Shown here piece after piece: positions 45,101 to 55,944 of a DNA stretch of 64,000 nt (position 1 is its first letter; each line of letters begins with the position of its first letter). Under the pieces are notes generated by a model, which searched no databases, had not been told where the DNA came from, and saw nothing but the letters and a program-made list of their open reading frames with translations. The DNA lies in assembly GCA_903822525.1 (NCBI GenBank), contig CAIJPI010000042.1, positions 10,621 to 74,620 on the forward strand, read 5' to 3'. The position numbers were made by a program, and so were the translations under genes. This stretch comes from an uncultured Bacteroidales bacterium. GTDB lineage: Bacteria; Bacteroidota; Bacteroidia; Bacteroidales; UBA4417.

Positions 45101-48100
45101 ATGACAAGAATACTACTGATATATATAATTCTGCTCTTTAACTTTCAGCTTTTAGCTCAGAGCAGTTGGACGCAGCCTGCTAAATTAATCTGGAAGGAAG
45201 ATTTTTCGTCCGGGAAAATTCCGGATGGTTGGGTTAACCAGGCTGTGAACGACAGCAGTATAATTTGGGATTGCACCAATCAGCCTTTTCCCGGATCGTA
45301 TGGCCGCGACCAGCAAGCGCCGCCTATTGCATCGAAAAGCGGTGGATTTCATATGCAGTACGCTCCCGGTGTTAAAGTCGATAAATTCTACCGCAGGTGG
45401 GAGAAAGCTGGGATATGGCCTGATGCTTTTTTTCAGACTTCACCTATCGATTGCTCAAAACGAAGTTCTGTGGTGCTCAAATTCCAGCAGAATTTCATAT
45501 GGAACGACTGGGGTAAAGTGAGAAATGACGGAGGTTTATTTGTTGGAGTGTCCGGTAATGGAGTTTTATGGAAAGAGTATGAAGTCCGAAATGGCATTGG
45601 CAGCGAAGCCGATTGTCAGAATCCGGCTAATGTTGAGTTGAATATTACCGGTACTGCTGCTTTTCAGAAAACAGTGTATGTGAGGTTTTATTGGAAAGGA
45701 ATGTATGCCTGGTATTGGATGATTGACGATATTGAACTTTCCGAAGCCCTCGATGTCGATTTGTCGGCCTCGGCATTGATATCACATCCCCGGTCGGGCA
45801 ATACGTTTACAAATTCCGATATTTTTAAATTTAATGTAGTGAACCTGAGCTCAGGTGCTATTAAAAAGCCATTCGATTCCTATCTGAAGATTGATAACAG
45901 AGCCCCTGTAAAAATTACAACGCCCTTCAGTGAAAAAAATGAGATGCAGGTTCTTGATACTGCTCTGGTAGTTTTTCCTCCGGCTGATCTTACTGATTTC
46001 GGAATTCACAAGATCAGGTTTTATACTTCCTTTCCTGATGATAACCGTAGGGTAAATGACACACTCGACATGGAACTTTTTTCGCAGGCATACGAATTGG
46101 GACCAGTTACCGGGTTTAAAAACAAAGGCAATACTTTTACATTTAACTGCAATCATGCACTTGTGCAAATTGATTTTTACAGGGACGACATTTTCCGGAT
46201 TCAAATGTCGTATAATGGTGAATATACAAATCCTGCCGGTAGTGATATTGTAATTAAACTTCCTTCTGAAAAAGTTAACCTTACATGTATTGAAAAGGAA
46301 GATTATTATCTGATGGTAACATCCGAAACTGCCTTGCGCGCATACAAGAATCCGTTGCGCTTTGCCATGTACAAGCCCGATAATGAAACCTTGGTCTGGG
46401 AGGAGATAAAAGGTCTTACTTACGGTAAAGAAACCGTGCAGTCGTTAAAAAGATCGGAGCACGAATATTTTTATGGAGGAGGCATGCAGAATGGAAGATT
46501 TTCTCATCGGGATAAAACCATTCAGTTGCGTATCGACTGGAACTGGGAGGATGGAGGCGCTCCTAATCCGGCTCCTTTTTACATGAGTACAAATGGTTAT
46601 GGGGTGTTGAGAAATACGTTTGCTCCCGGTGAATATGCTTTTAAGGATACCATAAGGTTGTTGCATTCCGAAACACGATTCGATTGCTTTTACTTTGCAG
46701 GTAAGTCGTTAAAAGATATCCTGAACAGTTACACAGATGTTACAGGAAAGCCTTTCCTCCCGCCACGGTGGGCGTTAGGCATGGGCGATGCAAACTGTTA
46801 TAACCGTGGAGCCTCGAAAGGAAAGAATACGACAGGGTATAATGGTACAACCCCTGAAGTTATCCCTCTGATAGCCGATAAGTATATAGAACATAATATG
46901 CCTCGTGGGTGGATTCTGCCTAACGATGGGTATGGCTGTGGCTATACAAAACTTGATTCCGTAGTTGTCGAACTGCAAAAAAGAGGTTTTCATACCGGAT
47001 TGTGGACCGAGAACGGTGTTGAAAAAATTGCAAAGGAAGTAGGGGAGTATGGCAGTCGATTGTGTAAGCTTGATGTGGCTTGGGTTGGCGAAGGATATAA
47101 GTTCGCAATCGACGGTTGCCGCGCTGCATACGAAGGAATTGAGAATAACAGCAATGCAAGGGGCTTTATCTGGTCAGTGTGTGGATGGGCAGGAACACAG
47201 CGTAATTCGGTGATGTGGACCGGCGATCAGAAAGGAACCTGGGATTATATCCGCTGGCATATTCCAACGGTAATTGGCTCGGGACTCTCCGCCCAGAATT
47301 GTGCAACGGGTGATATAGATGGTATATTTGGAGGAAGTGATAAGACTTTTACACGCGACCTGCAGTGGAAATGTTTTACGCCGGTATTAATGTCAATGTC
47401 GGGATGGGCGCCAAAAGATAAACAGCCTTACGTTTATGGTGAGCCGTATACTTCTATAAACAGGAACTACCTGCAGCTCAAACTGCGTCTTACCCCATAC
47501 ATGTACACTCTATGTAACGAAGCCTGCGAAACAGGTGTTCCGGCAGTCAGAGCACTGGTACTCGAATACCCTGACGACCCGCTTGCTAAAGGGACTGAAA
47601 CGCAGTATGAATTTCTGCTGGGTAAAAATTTCCTGGTGGCACCGGTATACCGGGATGAGTCCATACGCGACAGTATCTATTTGCCGGAAGGTAAATGGTT
47701 TGACTACTGGGACGGATTCGTATACCAGGGGAATACTTTTTTAAACAAGTATCCTTCCCCACTTGATAAACTTCCACTATTCGTCAAGGCGGGTTCTATT
47801 ATCCCAATGTACCAGCAAATGGGTTTTGACAATGAGCGACCGGCCGATACACTGACTCTCGATATATATCCCGGCCCTGATGCCGGATTCGAAATGTTTG
47901 AGGATGAAGGATCCAACCGGGATTACAGGCAGGGTAAATATGCAATTACAAAAATTCAAGCTTACTCAGGAAACAACGGAACTAGGATTAATGATATTAG
48001 CATCTCAGCAGCTAATGGCAGTTTTGAAGGAAAAATACTAAAAAGGACTTATTTAATCCAGATTCATAGTTCAGTTCTTCCTGAACAAATATTAGTGAAA

Positions 48101-48253
48101 GACAAAAAAATAAAACAATTCAGAAAGGTTGAAGATTACAACAAAGCCATAACCGGGTGGTATTATAATCCTGGTGACAGGCAAGGAATAATCTATATAA
48201 AGACCTCAAAATTAGAAACTGACACTGAAACTTCGATAAAACTTACCTATTGA
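45101..48253 (+). CDS. Glycoside hydrolase family 31 protein with N-terminal accessory domains
   Basis: Signal peptide; GH31 core (PPRWALGMG, CKLDVAWVGEGY, MWTGDQKGTWDYIRW); C-terminal DUF5110-like FEMFEDEGSNRDYRQGKY. Confidence 0.85.
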   Translation: MTRILLIYIILLFNFQLLAQSSWTQPAKLIWKEDFSSGKIPDGWVNQAVNDSSIIWDCTNQPFPGSYGRDQQAPPIASKSGGFHMQYAPGVKVDKFYRRWEKAGIWPDAFFQTSPIDCSKRSSVVLKFQQNFIWNDWGKVRNDGGLFVGVSGNGVLWKEYEVRNGIGSEADCQNPANVELNITGTAAFQKTVYVRFYWKGMYAWYWMIDDIELSEALDVDLSASALISHPRSGNTFTNSDIFKFNVVNLSSGAIKKPFDSYLKIDNRAPVKITTPFSEKNEMQVLDTALVVFPPADLTDFGIHKIRFYTSFPDDNRRVNDTLDMELFSQAYELGPVTGFKNKGNTFTFNCNHALVQIDFYRDDIFRIQMSYNGEYTNPAGSDIVIKLPSEKVNLTCIEKEDYYLMVTSETALRAYKNPLRFAMYKPDNETLVWEEIKGLTYGKETVQSLKRSEHEYFYGGGMQNGRFSHRDKTIQLRIDWNWEDGGAPNPAPFYMSTNGYGVLRNTFAPGEYAFKDTIRLLHSETRFDCFYFAGKSLKDILNSYTDVTGKPFLPPRWALGMGDANCYNRGASKGKNTTGYNGTTPEVIPLIADKYIEHNMPRGWILPNDGYGCGYTKLDSVVVELQKRGFHTGLWTENGVEKIAKEVGEYGSRLCKLDVAWVGEGYKFAIDGCRAAYEGIENNSNARGFIWSVCGWAGTQRNSVMWTGDQKGTWDYIRWHIPTVIGSGLSAQNCATGDIDGIFGGSDKTFTRDLQWKCFTPVLMSMSGWAPKDKQPYVYGEPYTSINRNYLQLKLRLTPYMYTLCNEACETGVPAVRALVLEYPDDPLAKGTETQYEFLLGKNFLVAPVYRDESIRDSIYLPEGKWFDYWDGFVYQGNTFLNKYPSPLDKLPLFVKAGSIIPMYQQMGFDNERPADTLTLDIYPGPDAGFEMFEDEGSNRDYRQGKYAITKIQAYSGNNGTRINDISISAANGSFEGKILKRTYLIQIHSSVLPEQILVKDKKIKQFRKVEDYNKAITGWYYNPGDRQGIIYIKTSKLETDTETSIKLTY

Positions 48254-48302
48254 AATGGATAAATATGGTTATCCAAGCTGCAGAAATTGATTTATTGTTT
48301 AT

Positions 48303-50177
48303 ATGAATGAACGAGCGATGAAAAAAAAATTAGCATTATTATTCCTGTTCTCAGCCCTGCTTTCCTTTGCTCATGCGCAGGAAAAACATTCTTTTGCCAT
48401 TAGTAATGGAAGTTTCATGTACGATGGGAAACCAGTTATGATTCATAGCGGCGAGATGCATTATTCCCGCGTCCCTGTTGAATACTGGCGACACCGCCTG
48501 AAGATGATTAAAGCATTGGGACTAAATACCGTTGCAACCTATGTTTTCTGGAATTTTCATGAAACCGCTCCTGGTGTTTGGGATTTTTCGACAAATAATC
48601 ATAATCTGAGAGAGTTTATAAAGCTTGCTCAGGAAGAAGGCTTAATGGTTATTCTTCGCCCGGGGCCTTATGCCTGCGCTGAGTGGGAATTTGGAGGCTA
48701 TCCATGGTGGCTGGTAAAAAACAAAGATTTGGTTATCCGCACAAATAATAAGCCTTTTCTCGATTCGTGCAATGTATATATCAGCAAACTGGTTGATCAG
48801 GTAAAGGATCTGCAAATTACAAATGGTGGTCCGGTAATTATGGTCCAGGCTGAAAATGAGTTCGGCTCCTATGTAGCGCAACGTAAAGATATCACATTGG
48901 AAGAACACAAAAAGTATAGCCTGGCTATACGGGATCAATTGCTGAAAGCAGGAATTAATGTGCCCTTATTCACTTCCGATGGTAGTTGGCTTTTCGAAGG
49001 CGGAACCATCGAAGGTGCCATGCCTACAGCTAACGGTGAAGATAATATCGGCAATTTGAAGAAAGTTGTCGATGCGTATAATAACGGGAAAGGGCCCTAT
49101 ATGGTCGCCGAATTTTATCCTGGCTGGCTGGATCACTGGGCAGAAGAGTTCCAACGCGTGCCTGCTGAAGATGTTGTAAAACAAATGAAATTATACCTGG
49201 CTGAAGATGTTTCATTCAATTTTTATATGGTCCACGGCGGAACAAATTTCGGATTTTCAACCGGTGCCAATTATGATAAGAATCATGACATTCAGCCTGA
49301 TATAACCAGTTATGATTATGATGCCCCCATAAGTGAAGCGGGATGGTCAACACCAAAGTACATGGCAATTCGCGCTGAATTGATGAAATATATGGATAAC
49401 GCTATGCCTGAAATTCCGCCAGCTATACCGGTTATTTCAATTCCTTCCATTAAATTGACTAAAACTGTTGATATCGCTGAATTAAAAAGTGTAACCAAAG
49501 CTGTTTTAAGTGATAATCCTTTGACTTTTGAAGACCTGAACCAAGGGCATGGCTATGTGCTTTATAGCAGGAAGTTTGTTCAGCCAGCTGCTGGAAAAAT
49601 GGAAATCAAAGGATTAAGAGATTTCGCGACTATTTATATTGATGGCAATAAAGTTGGGGAACTGAACCGGTATTTTAAAAATTATACGATGGAGATTGAA
49701 ATACCTGTCAATGCAACACTCGAAATTCTGGTCGAAAATATGGGCCGTATCAACTATGGATCCGAAATCATAAATAACCTTAAAGGTATTATCAGCCCGG
49801 TTATAATTAACGGAAATGAAATTTCCGGAAATTGGCAGATGTATAAATTTCCACTTGAAACATTGCCTGATTTGCATGACCTGGGAACAAAGAATACAGA
49901 AGGAAGGCCCACATTTTACCAGGGGAATTTTACTTTGGATAAAACAGGTGATACTTTCCTGGATATGCGCACCTGGGGGAAGGGTATTGTATATGTAAAC
50001 GGCCATCACCTTGGCAGGTACTGGAGTGTCGGTCCTCAACAAACATTGTATTTGCCAGGGGTTTGGTTGAATAGGGGCGAGAATGAAATCGTAATTTTCG
50101 AACAACAGAACTACTCCCTCCAAACAGAAATAAGTGGTATTACAACTCCTATTCTTGAAGAATTAAAAGTTAAGTAA
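48303..50177 (+). CDS. Glycoside hydrolase family 35 beta-galactosidase
   Basis: Signal peptide; GGPVIMVQAENEFGSY (acid/base Glu region); YMVAEFYPGW. An alternative start at 48318 is possible. Confidence 0.88.
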   Translation: MNERAMKKKLALLFLFSALLSFAHAQEKHSFAISNGSFMYDGKPVMIHSGEMHYSRVPVEYWRHRLKMIKALGLNTVATYVFWNFHETAPGVWDFSTNNHNLREFIKLAQEEGLMVILRPGPYACAEWEFGGYPWWLVKNKDLVIRTNNKPFLDSCNVYISKLVDQVKDLQITNGGPVIMVQAENEFGSYVAQRKDITLEEHKKYSLAIRDQLLKAGINVPLFTSDGSWLFEGGTIEGAMPTANGEDNIGNLKKVVDAYNNGKGPYMVAEFYPGWLDHWAEEFQRVPAEDVVKQMKLYLAEDVSFNFYMVHGGTNFGFSTGANYDKNHDIQPDITSYDYDAPISEAGWSTPKYMAIRAELMKYMDNAMPEIPPAIPVISIPSIKLTKTVDIAELKSVTKAVLSDNPLTFEDLNQGHGYVLYSRKFVQPAAGKMEIKGLRDFATIYIDGNKVGELNRYFKNYTMEIEIPVNATLEILVENMGRINYGSEIINNLKGIISPVIINGNEISGNWQMYKFPLETLPDLHDLGTKNTEGRPTFYQGNFTLDKTGDTFLDMRTWGKGIVYVNGHHLGRYWSVGPQQTLYLPGVWLNRGENEIVIFEQQNYSLQTEISGITTPILEELKVK

Positions 50178-50234
50178 CGGATCGATGAATTTACTATTGA
50201 TTGATAGTTGATCCAGTTTTTTTCTGAATATTTT

Positions 50235-50261
50235 AAAGGCTGCCTGGTTGGGCAGCCTTTT
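50235..50261. terminator. Bidirectional rho-independent terminator
   Basis: AAAGGCTGCC-TGGTTG-GGCAGCCTTTT between convergent genes. Confidence 0.8.
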
Positions 50262-50301
50262 AAGTTTGTTTACTCTAGCCGGAATCTCTGGCAGACAAGG
50301 T

Positions 50302-50880
50302 TTAATTATTTGATGGTAATTCGTCCAGAGTTTTAATGTCGGCAGAATTGCCTGAGAATTTGTTAGCTTTGAATTTCAGGTAGCTGAATTCATCGGAAGG
50401 TAGATCAGTTATTTTGTTAAGATCGTTGTCATCTCCATTCGTAAAGCTGTTAATGTTAAATTTTAAGTATCCAAAGTCATTTAATGACATTTCTGGTAAT
50501 TCAAAAGTGATTTCGTCAGTATTTATTTTGTAATTCAGAATATCAAATTTTAAGTAATCCAGATTTTTATTATCCGCTGTATTGGACGGTGCGATTTCAA
50601 ATTCATCGTTAGTCTCAGGCGTTACATAATCAGAAACATTAAATTTAAGATAACTTAAATCATTCGTTTCAACAACTGTTCTTTTATCAACTGCCGTGTT
50701 TTCAATGCAGGCGATAATCTTGTCTGTATTCGACATATTTTTTGAGTATACTGTAATATAGGAAATCTCATTGGAGGTTACTGCATTATTGTTATGTATG
50801 GTTCTCCTCGAAGGTGATTCGGCAAAAGTTATCATCAGGCAAAGTGCTGCGAAACTTGACATTAGGATTGATGTTTTCAT
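50302..50880 (-). CDS. Secreted hypothetical protein with four [LF]xYLKF repeats
   Basis: The internal ATG at 50878-50880 gives the signal MKTSILMSSFAALCLMITFA. Repeats are LSYLKFNVSDY, LDYLKFDILNY, FGYLKFNINSF and FSYLKFKANKF. Confidence 0.6.
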   Translation of the reverse strand: MKTSILMSSFAALCLMITFAESPSRRTIHNNNAVTSNEISYITVYSKNMSNTDKIIACIENTAVDKRTVVETNDLSYLKFNVSDYVTPETNDEFEIAPSNTADNKNLDYLKFDILNYKINTDEITFELPEMSLNDFGYLKFNINSFTNGDDNDLNKITDLPSDEFSYLKFKANKFSGNSADIKTLDELPSNN

Positions 50881-51357
50881 GGCTTCTGAAATTATACTAT
50901 TGTGATGGATTTGGTTTTTGGTGATTTTTGGAATTCGAATATATGACGATAGCAGTTTTGAATTGTTACACTTAAAAATCTTAATCACTGTTTAAATCGG
51001 TTAACCATTAAAAATCATCGGCGAAATTAGAAAAGGAGCTGCTGTTTTTCTAGTTCCTATTATAGGAGAGCTCCTGAAATTGACAAGTATGGGCAGCATG
51101 AATAGCTTCCAATAGCGGAAATAGAAGGCATGACACCATAATCTGACCGTATCAATAAGATCACATTACATTTTAAACTAAATTTGAAACTCATTCAGAT
51201 GATCTTGCTTAATTTGATTGAGCGTATACCCGAAAGTCATAAATTGGTTTATATTGCTAATGGTAATCAGGATTTTCGTTTACTTGTCGGTAATTCAATC
51301 CGGAACAAGTTTATCAAGAATGATAACTGAAGCAGAAATAGAAATAAGGAATTAAAT

Positions 51358-51588
51358 ATGCAGCCTGATCCACAGCTACTTGTTCAATTAGTAAAGATGC
51401 AGATGCCTTTCGGTAAATATAAAGGAACCGTTTTGTGTAATCTTCCGGTCTCCTACCTGGAGTGGTTTAATGTGAAGGGATTTCCTGATGGTAAGCTGGG
51501 TATGTTGCTCCGTACGATATATGAAATAAAACTCAACGGACTCGAATACCTTCTCGATCCTATAAAAAAGATGAATCAATTTTCATGA
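51358..51588 (+). CDS. DUF3820-like small protein
   Basis: MPFGKYKGTVLCNLPVSYLEWF...GFP.GKLG pattern; 76 aa. Confidence 0.7.
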   Translation: MQPDPQLLVQLVKMQMPFGKYKGTVLCNLPVSYLEWFNVKGFPDGKLGMLLRTIYEIKLNGLEYLLDPIKKMNQFS

Positions 51589-52067
51589 AAACAGTATCAA
51601 TCAGTACCCTGAAAAAAGAACTAGGTTCACTGCCTTCCAGCGATGTACTTGATATATGCATGAAGTTGGTTCGCTATAAGAAAGAGAATAAGGAATTATT
51701 GAGTTACCTGTTATTTGATGCAAATAATGAACTGGAATACATCCGAAATATCAAAGAGGAAATAGACCTTCAGTTTTCAGAAATTAACCTTAGTCATCCG
51801 TATTTTGCAAAAAAAAGCATCAGAAAAATATTGAAAATCACTTCAAAATACATCCGGTATTCGGGTAATAAACAAACTGAAGTTGAGTTGCTTATTCATT
51901 TTTGTGTAAGGCTGAAAGAACTGGCTTTTTCAATCAGGCAGGGTAATTCGCTCAGCAATTTATATATAAGCCAGTTAAAGAAAATCCATATAGCATTAAG
52001 CTCGTTGCATGAAGATTTACAGCATGATTATAAGGAGGAAATAGCTTCGTTAAATATCATGGTATAG
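51585..52067 (+). CDS. Hypothetical protein
   Basis: A 160-aa ORF with a 4-nt ATGA overlap with the upstream gene. No motif recognised. Confidence 0.55.
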   Translation: MKTVSISTLKKELGSLPSSDVLDICMKLVRYKKENKELLSYLLFDANNELEYIRNIKEEIDLQFSEINLSHPYFAKKSIRKILKITSKYIRYSGNKQTEVELLIHFCVRLKELAFSIRQGNSLSNLYISQLKKIHIALSSLHEDLQHDYKEEIASLNIMV

Positions 52068-52084
52068 ATTCTTTGGATGAAAAT

Positions 52085-52120
52085 AAAAAAAAAGGCTGCC
52101 GGAACGACAGCCTTTTTTTT
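52085..52120. terminator. Bidirectional rho-independent terminator
   Basis: A-run, then GGCTGCCGGAACGACAGCC, then T8, between convergent genes. Confidence 0.75.
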
Positions 52121-52133
52121 GCACAAAATTTTA

Positions 52134-55100
52134 TTACTTGTTGATGATAAATCGTTTACTGATTCCGGATTGTTTGTTATTCAAATGAATAACAAAGATT
52201 CCATTGGATAACGATGAAAGGTGAAGTGAATGTATAAACTCATTCTCAATGGTAAGTCCCGGTTCGCTGTATACCAGTTTCCCTAATGCATCGAAAACAG
52301 TCAGATCATATTTCCCTGCCGGGATAGTCTGGCTCCTCATTGTAAATTCACCTGAACTTGGATTAGGGAATAACTCAATAAGTTTGCTGTCAGGTAATTC
52401 CTCTAGTCCTGTACAATCGTAAAAACTGATTACAGCTGAGTCAGTTGAAACGCATCCGTTTACGTCAGTAACCGTTACGGAGTATATATGTGCACCCAAA
52501 CCCTGTCCTACAGTGTCAATCTGCAAGATAGCCGTGGTAGCACCTCCAGGAATCCACAAATACGATTGCGGATTACTTATTGTTGCATCGTAAATTAATT
52601 TTCTGTTTCCACAAACTGTAGAATCGTTAATTGTAACATCAGGTAATGCATTTATGGTAACCTGTTTAACATCCGTTCCCGGACAACCGGTAACCAGATC
52701 CTGGTAGGTATATGAAATATTTATCTGACCTGCTCCGGCAATAGCAGGGTAAAGTGTATCACCCGAAACGCCCTGGCCTTCGAAGGTTCCACCAACAGGA
52801 ATTGCTGTTAACAAAACAGGCCCTGCACTTATGCATACTGGATTGACTGCATTTATACTTACTACCGGCAAAGGATTAACGGTAATCGTTTGCGCAAATG
52901 AAGCGGAACAGGTATTTCCATCAGTGTATGAATAGGTTACTGTATGGGTTCCTACCCCAGCGACTGTTGGATCAAACGAAAGCCCGTTGCTGATACCAGC
53001 GCCCGAGTATGTTCCTCCTGCTGGAATGCCACCTGTTAAATCGAATGCCTGAACAGATATGCAAACAGTATCCAATAGGTTCAGATAAACTGATGGCAAT
53101 TCGTTGATTATCAGTGATACTGAAGTTGGTAAACTTTCACAGCCATTTTCAGTCTGTGTAACAGAATAATTGTATACACCTGTCGATGTCTGACCTGTGG
53201 TAAGCGAATTACCGCTTCCGATAAATGAGCCTCCTGAATACCACTGTACTTCGGTACCTGCTGATGTGAGGTCGGGTACTGGCTGTCCATAACAAACTGA
53301 CTGATTCGCAGCCACTGGTGGAGCAGGTGTTGGTTTAACAGTAATAAAATTATTTAAAGTTAAATTATTTGTGCCCATCTGGTTTGTCACGGTCAGGCTA
53401 ACATTATAATTTCCTGCTTCACTGTATGTAATCCCGATTGGATTTTGCACATTTGAAGTAGCAGGAGTAGCACCTGGGAACGACCAGGCCCACGAACTTG
53501 GAGGTCCTGATGAAAGGTCATTAAAATTTATAGGCTGACCTGAACATGGGTTGGCATTGCTGGTGGTGAAATTTGCAATTGGTGCAACCGAGGCAACCAC
53601 TCTTACAGTAGTTGTGCGTTTATGAATAGGTGTTCCGTTACTACCTGTGGCAGTTATAGTCACAGTGTAATCACCAACAGGCGCTGAATTGCTGCTTATC
53701 TGTATCGGAATCTGACCGGGATACGACCATAGCTTGTTTCCCTGCGGATAGGTAACCGTAAACAGGCCGAGTCCTGCATTGACTGTAGCTGTAACAAATA
53801 CTGAATCAGTATAAAGTTTAACACTTGGTACTTTGGCATAAAATGTTGCAACTGGGGCAATTGTGTCGAGGGAAGGTTCTGCACGAAGTCCATAATCGGG
53901 GAAGAAACCAACGTAGCTCCCAAAACTATTCTCACGGAAATCGGTCCAGGCTAAAACTGCGGTTACACCGTTAGAGGTCACGCCGTTATAATCACCTAAG
54001 TAAGCAGGAGAACCACCTCCTCCACAGGTGGTACAGTTGATTTTCATCTTTTTATTGGAAACCTGCTGATTTGGAGCAAATGTTTCGCCGTTATCAGTAT
54101 AGGAAGCATAGATCATTGCGCTGTCACTGGTTGGACAATCACGAGTATCCATCCAGGAAATATAAAGTCTGCCGGTTTTAATATCATTCCAGATGGCAGG
54201 AAACCAATTGTGGTTATTTAGAGTATTGGCATCATCATTTACTGTTTTTGGCGATGACCAGGTTGTTCCGCCATTGTCGGAATAGCGGCAGAATATATTT
54301 GGTTTATTCCCATCGCCTGAAGGGAAATTTGAAGCATAAACAAGGTAAAGTCTTCCCCGATGAGGTCCATGGCTGTTATCAGCAGCAATAAACGGGTATG
54401 GACGTGTTCTCATATTTTGTATGGAATTCCGCCCGCCAACGCTTGTACCAACATAGTTGGCAAAATTTTGAGATGATTTAAAAGTGTATGAAAGTCCCCC
54501 GTCAGTTGATTCGTAGAATGTATATGTAGATGCGAATGAACTTCCCGAATTAGTAACAACATAAGTTGACCCTCCCTGAAGTGCATTTTTCGGACCCACA
54601 GCAACCATCATTCCCGGAATTGCCTGAGTATTCATATTCTGGGTATTTGTATACGATACCCCGTTATTTGTTGATCTGGCATGGTTACCGCCACTTGAGG
54701 CAGTCATGGTTGTATATATGTAATTTGAATACGATCCGCCTGTCTGATCAGCAGCTAACCAGTTTTTGTCCACACCGGTTATTGCTACAACTACCGGATC
54801 CCAGTTTAGACCAAAATCGTTTGATGTAACTATTTTACAGCCTTGAATGCTGGTCCCATACATGTTTTCATAAATGAGCCTGCCGGTACTGTCGCTGGTA
54901 ACAACAACATCACCACTCATGCCTGTCCAGCTTGGATTTGCCGAAGTCCAGTCGAAGCCATTAGTTGTACGGTAACCTTTTCCACCAGATGTACCGGTAG
55001 TATTCCAAACTGCGTACATTTCCAACGGATTCAGCGGATTTGATGTAATGCTGCATTCAGCAAAATCAACACCAAGTTTAAAGTTGTCGTAATCTCCGAT

Positions 55101-55286
55101 AGTTATAACAGAGGCTTGGGATGCATCGCCCTGAGGGGCTTTATACCCCGGAACCATCACCATTGGATCGCGGTGAATATTGTTATCTTTTGTAGCGGGC
55201 TGTGCATACGTTTTAATACTACTTATCAGGAATACTGATAAAAAGAATGCCACTACCTGTTTAACAGTAGAAATGTCCATGAGCAA
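52134..55286 (-). CDS. Large secreted BNR/Asp-box propeller + PKD + Ig-like repeat protein with T9SS C-terminal sorting domain
   Basis: Signal peptide; Asp-box motifs (YSDNGGTTWS, STDGGLSYT, STNNGVSYT); PKD-like SWAWSFPGATP...NYNVSLTVTN; C-terminal FPNPSSGEFTM...GIFVIHL tail. Confidence 0.8.
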   Translation of the reverse strand: MLMDISTVKQVVAFFLSVFLISSIKTYAQPATKDNNIHRDPMVMVPGYKAPQGDASQASVITIGDYDNFKLGVDFAECSITSNPLNPLEMYAVWNTTGTSGGKGYRTTNGFDWTSANPSWTGMSGDVVVTSDSTGRLIYENMYGTSIQGCKIVTSNDFGLNWDPVVVAITGVDKNWLAADQTGGSYSNYIYTTMTASSGGNHARSTNNGVSYTNTQNMNTQAIPGMMVAVGPKNALQGGSTYVVTNSGSSFASTYTFYESTDGGLSYTFKSSQNFANYVGTSVGGRNSIQNMRTRPYPFIAADNSHGPHRGRLYLVYASNFPSGDGNKPNIFCRYSDNGGTTWSSPKTVNDDANTLNNHNWFPAIWNDIKTGRLYISWMDTRDCPTSDSAMIYASYTDNGETFAPNQQVSNKKMKINCTTCGGGGSPAYLGDYNGVTSNGVTAVLAWTDFRENSFGSYVGFFPDYGLRAEPSLDTIAPVATFYAKVPSVKLYTDSVFVTATVNAGLGLFTVTYPQGNKLWSYPGQIPIQISSNSAPVGDYTVTITATGSNGTPIHKRTTTVRVVASVAPIANFTTSNANPCSGQPINFNDLSSGPPSSWAWSFPGATPATSNVQNPIGITYSEAGNYNVSLTVTNQMGTNNLTLNNFITVKPTPAPPVAANQSVCYGQPVPDLTSAGTEVQWYSGGSFIGSGNSLTTGQTSTGVYNYSVTQTENGCESLPTSVSLIINELPSVYLNLLDTVCISVQAFDLTGGIPAGGTYSGAGISNGLSFDPTVAGVGTHTVTYSYTDGNTCSASFAQTITVNPLPVVSINAVNPVCISAGPVLLTAIPVGGTFEGQGVSGDTLYPAIAGAGQINISYTYQDLVTGCPGTDVKQVTINALPDVTINDSTVCGNRKLIYDATISNPQSYLWIPGGATTAILQIDTVGQGLGAHIYSVTVTDVNGCVSTDSAVISFYDCTGLEELPDSKLIELFPNPSSGEFTMRSQTIPAGKYDLTVFDALGKLVYSEPGLTIENEFIHSLHLSSLSNGIFVIHLNNKQSGISKRFIINK

Positions 55287-55415
55287 TAAAGGTTAGGTAT
55301 TTATTAATTTGAAGGTCTGATTATGTTGGGTAGTAATTTATTGACCCAAAATTAAACTATTTTCAATTACTTTTGTTCAACTAGCAAGGCATAATAAATT
55401 TTTTAAAAAATAATT

Positions 55416-55931
55416 ATGAAAACCAACCGAATTCAAAAAATTCTGACAACATTAGGCCTTCTGGTTATTGTTGTTTTATTTGCTGGATGTCCCTATTCGA
55501 GCATTGTACCTATTGATGAAGGAACGATAAAAGTTCCACTAAAACTGGCAGGGGAGTGGATTGGTTCGGCAGATGTGCAATCTGAGAATCCTACTTACAT
55601 TGCTATCACCATTGAGGATGAATTCCATGCCCAAGCCCAAAAAATGGAATATTCATCATCCGACAGCGCATACAGCGCGACGACGTATAACCTGACGTTT
55701 TCGGATGTTAAGGGCGAGACATTTATGAACGTCATCGAAGATGGTGGTGATTCCTATAGCTTGTATAAATTCGACTTCGATGAAAATACCGGAGAGGTTA
55801 ATACTTCCGAAGTTACTGATTATATCAAGGAAACCTTCAGCACTTCAGAAGAACTGAAAGACTTTATTTTGAAAAATAAGTCAAACAGTTATTTCTTTAC
55901 TAATACGAACGAAAATTACGTACGGAAATAG
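55416..55931 (+). CDS. Hypothetical lipoprotein
   Basis: Lipobox VVLFAGCPYS; 171 aa. Confidence 0.6.
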   Translation: MKTNRIQKILTTLGLLVIVVLFAGCPYSSIVPIDEGTIKVPLKLAGEWIGSADVQSENPTYIAITIEDEFHAQAQKMEYSSSDSAYSATTYNLTFSDVKGETFMNVIEDGGDSYSLYKFDFDENTGEVNTSEVTDYIKETFSTSEELKDFILKNKSNSYFFTNTNENYVRK

Positions 55932-55944
55932 GTTGTATTTTCTA

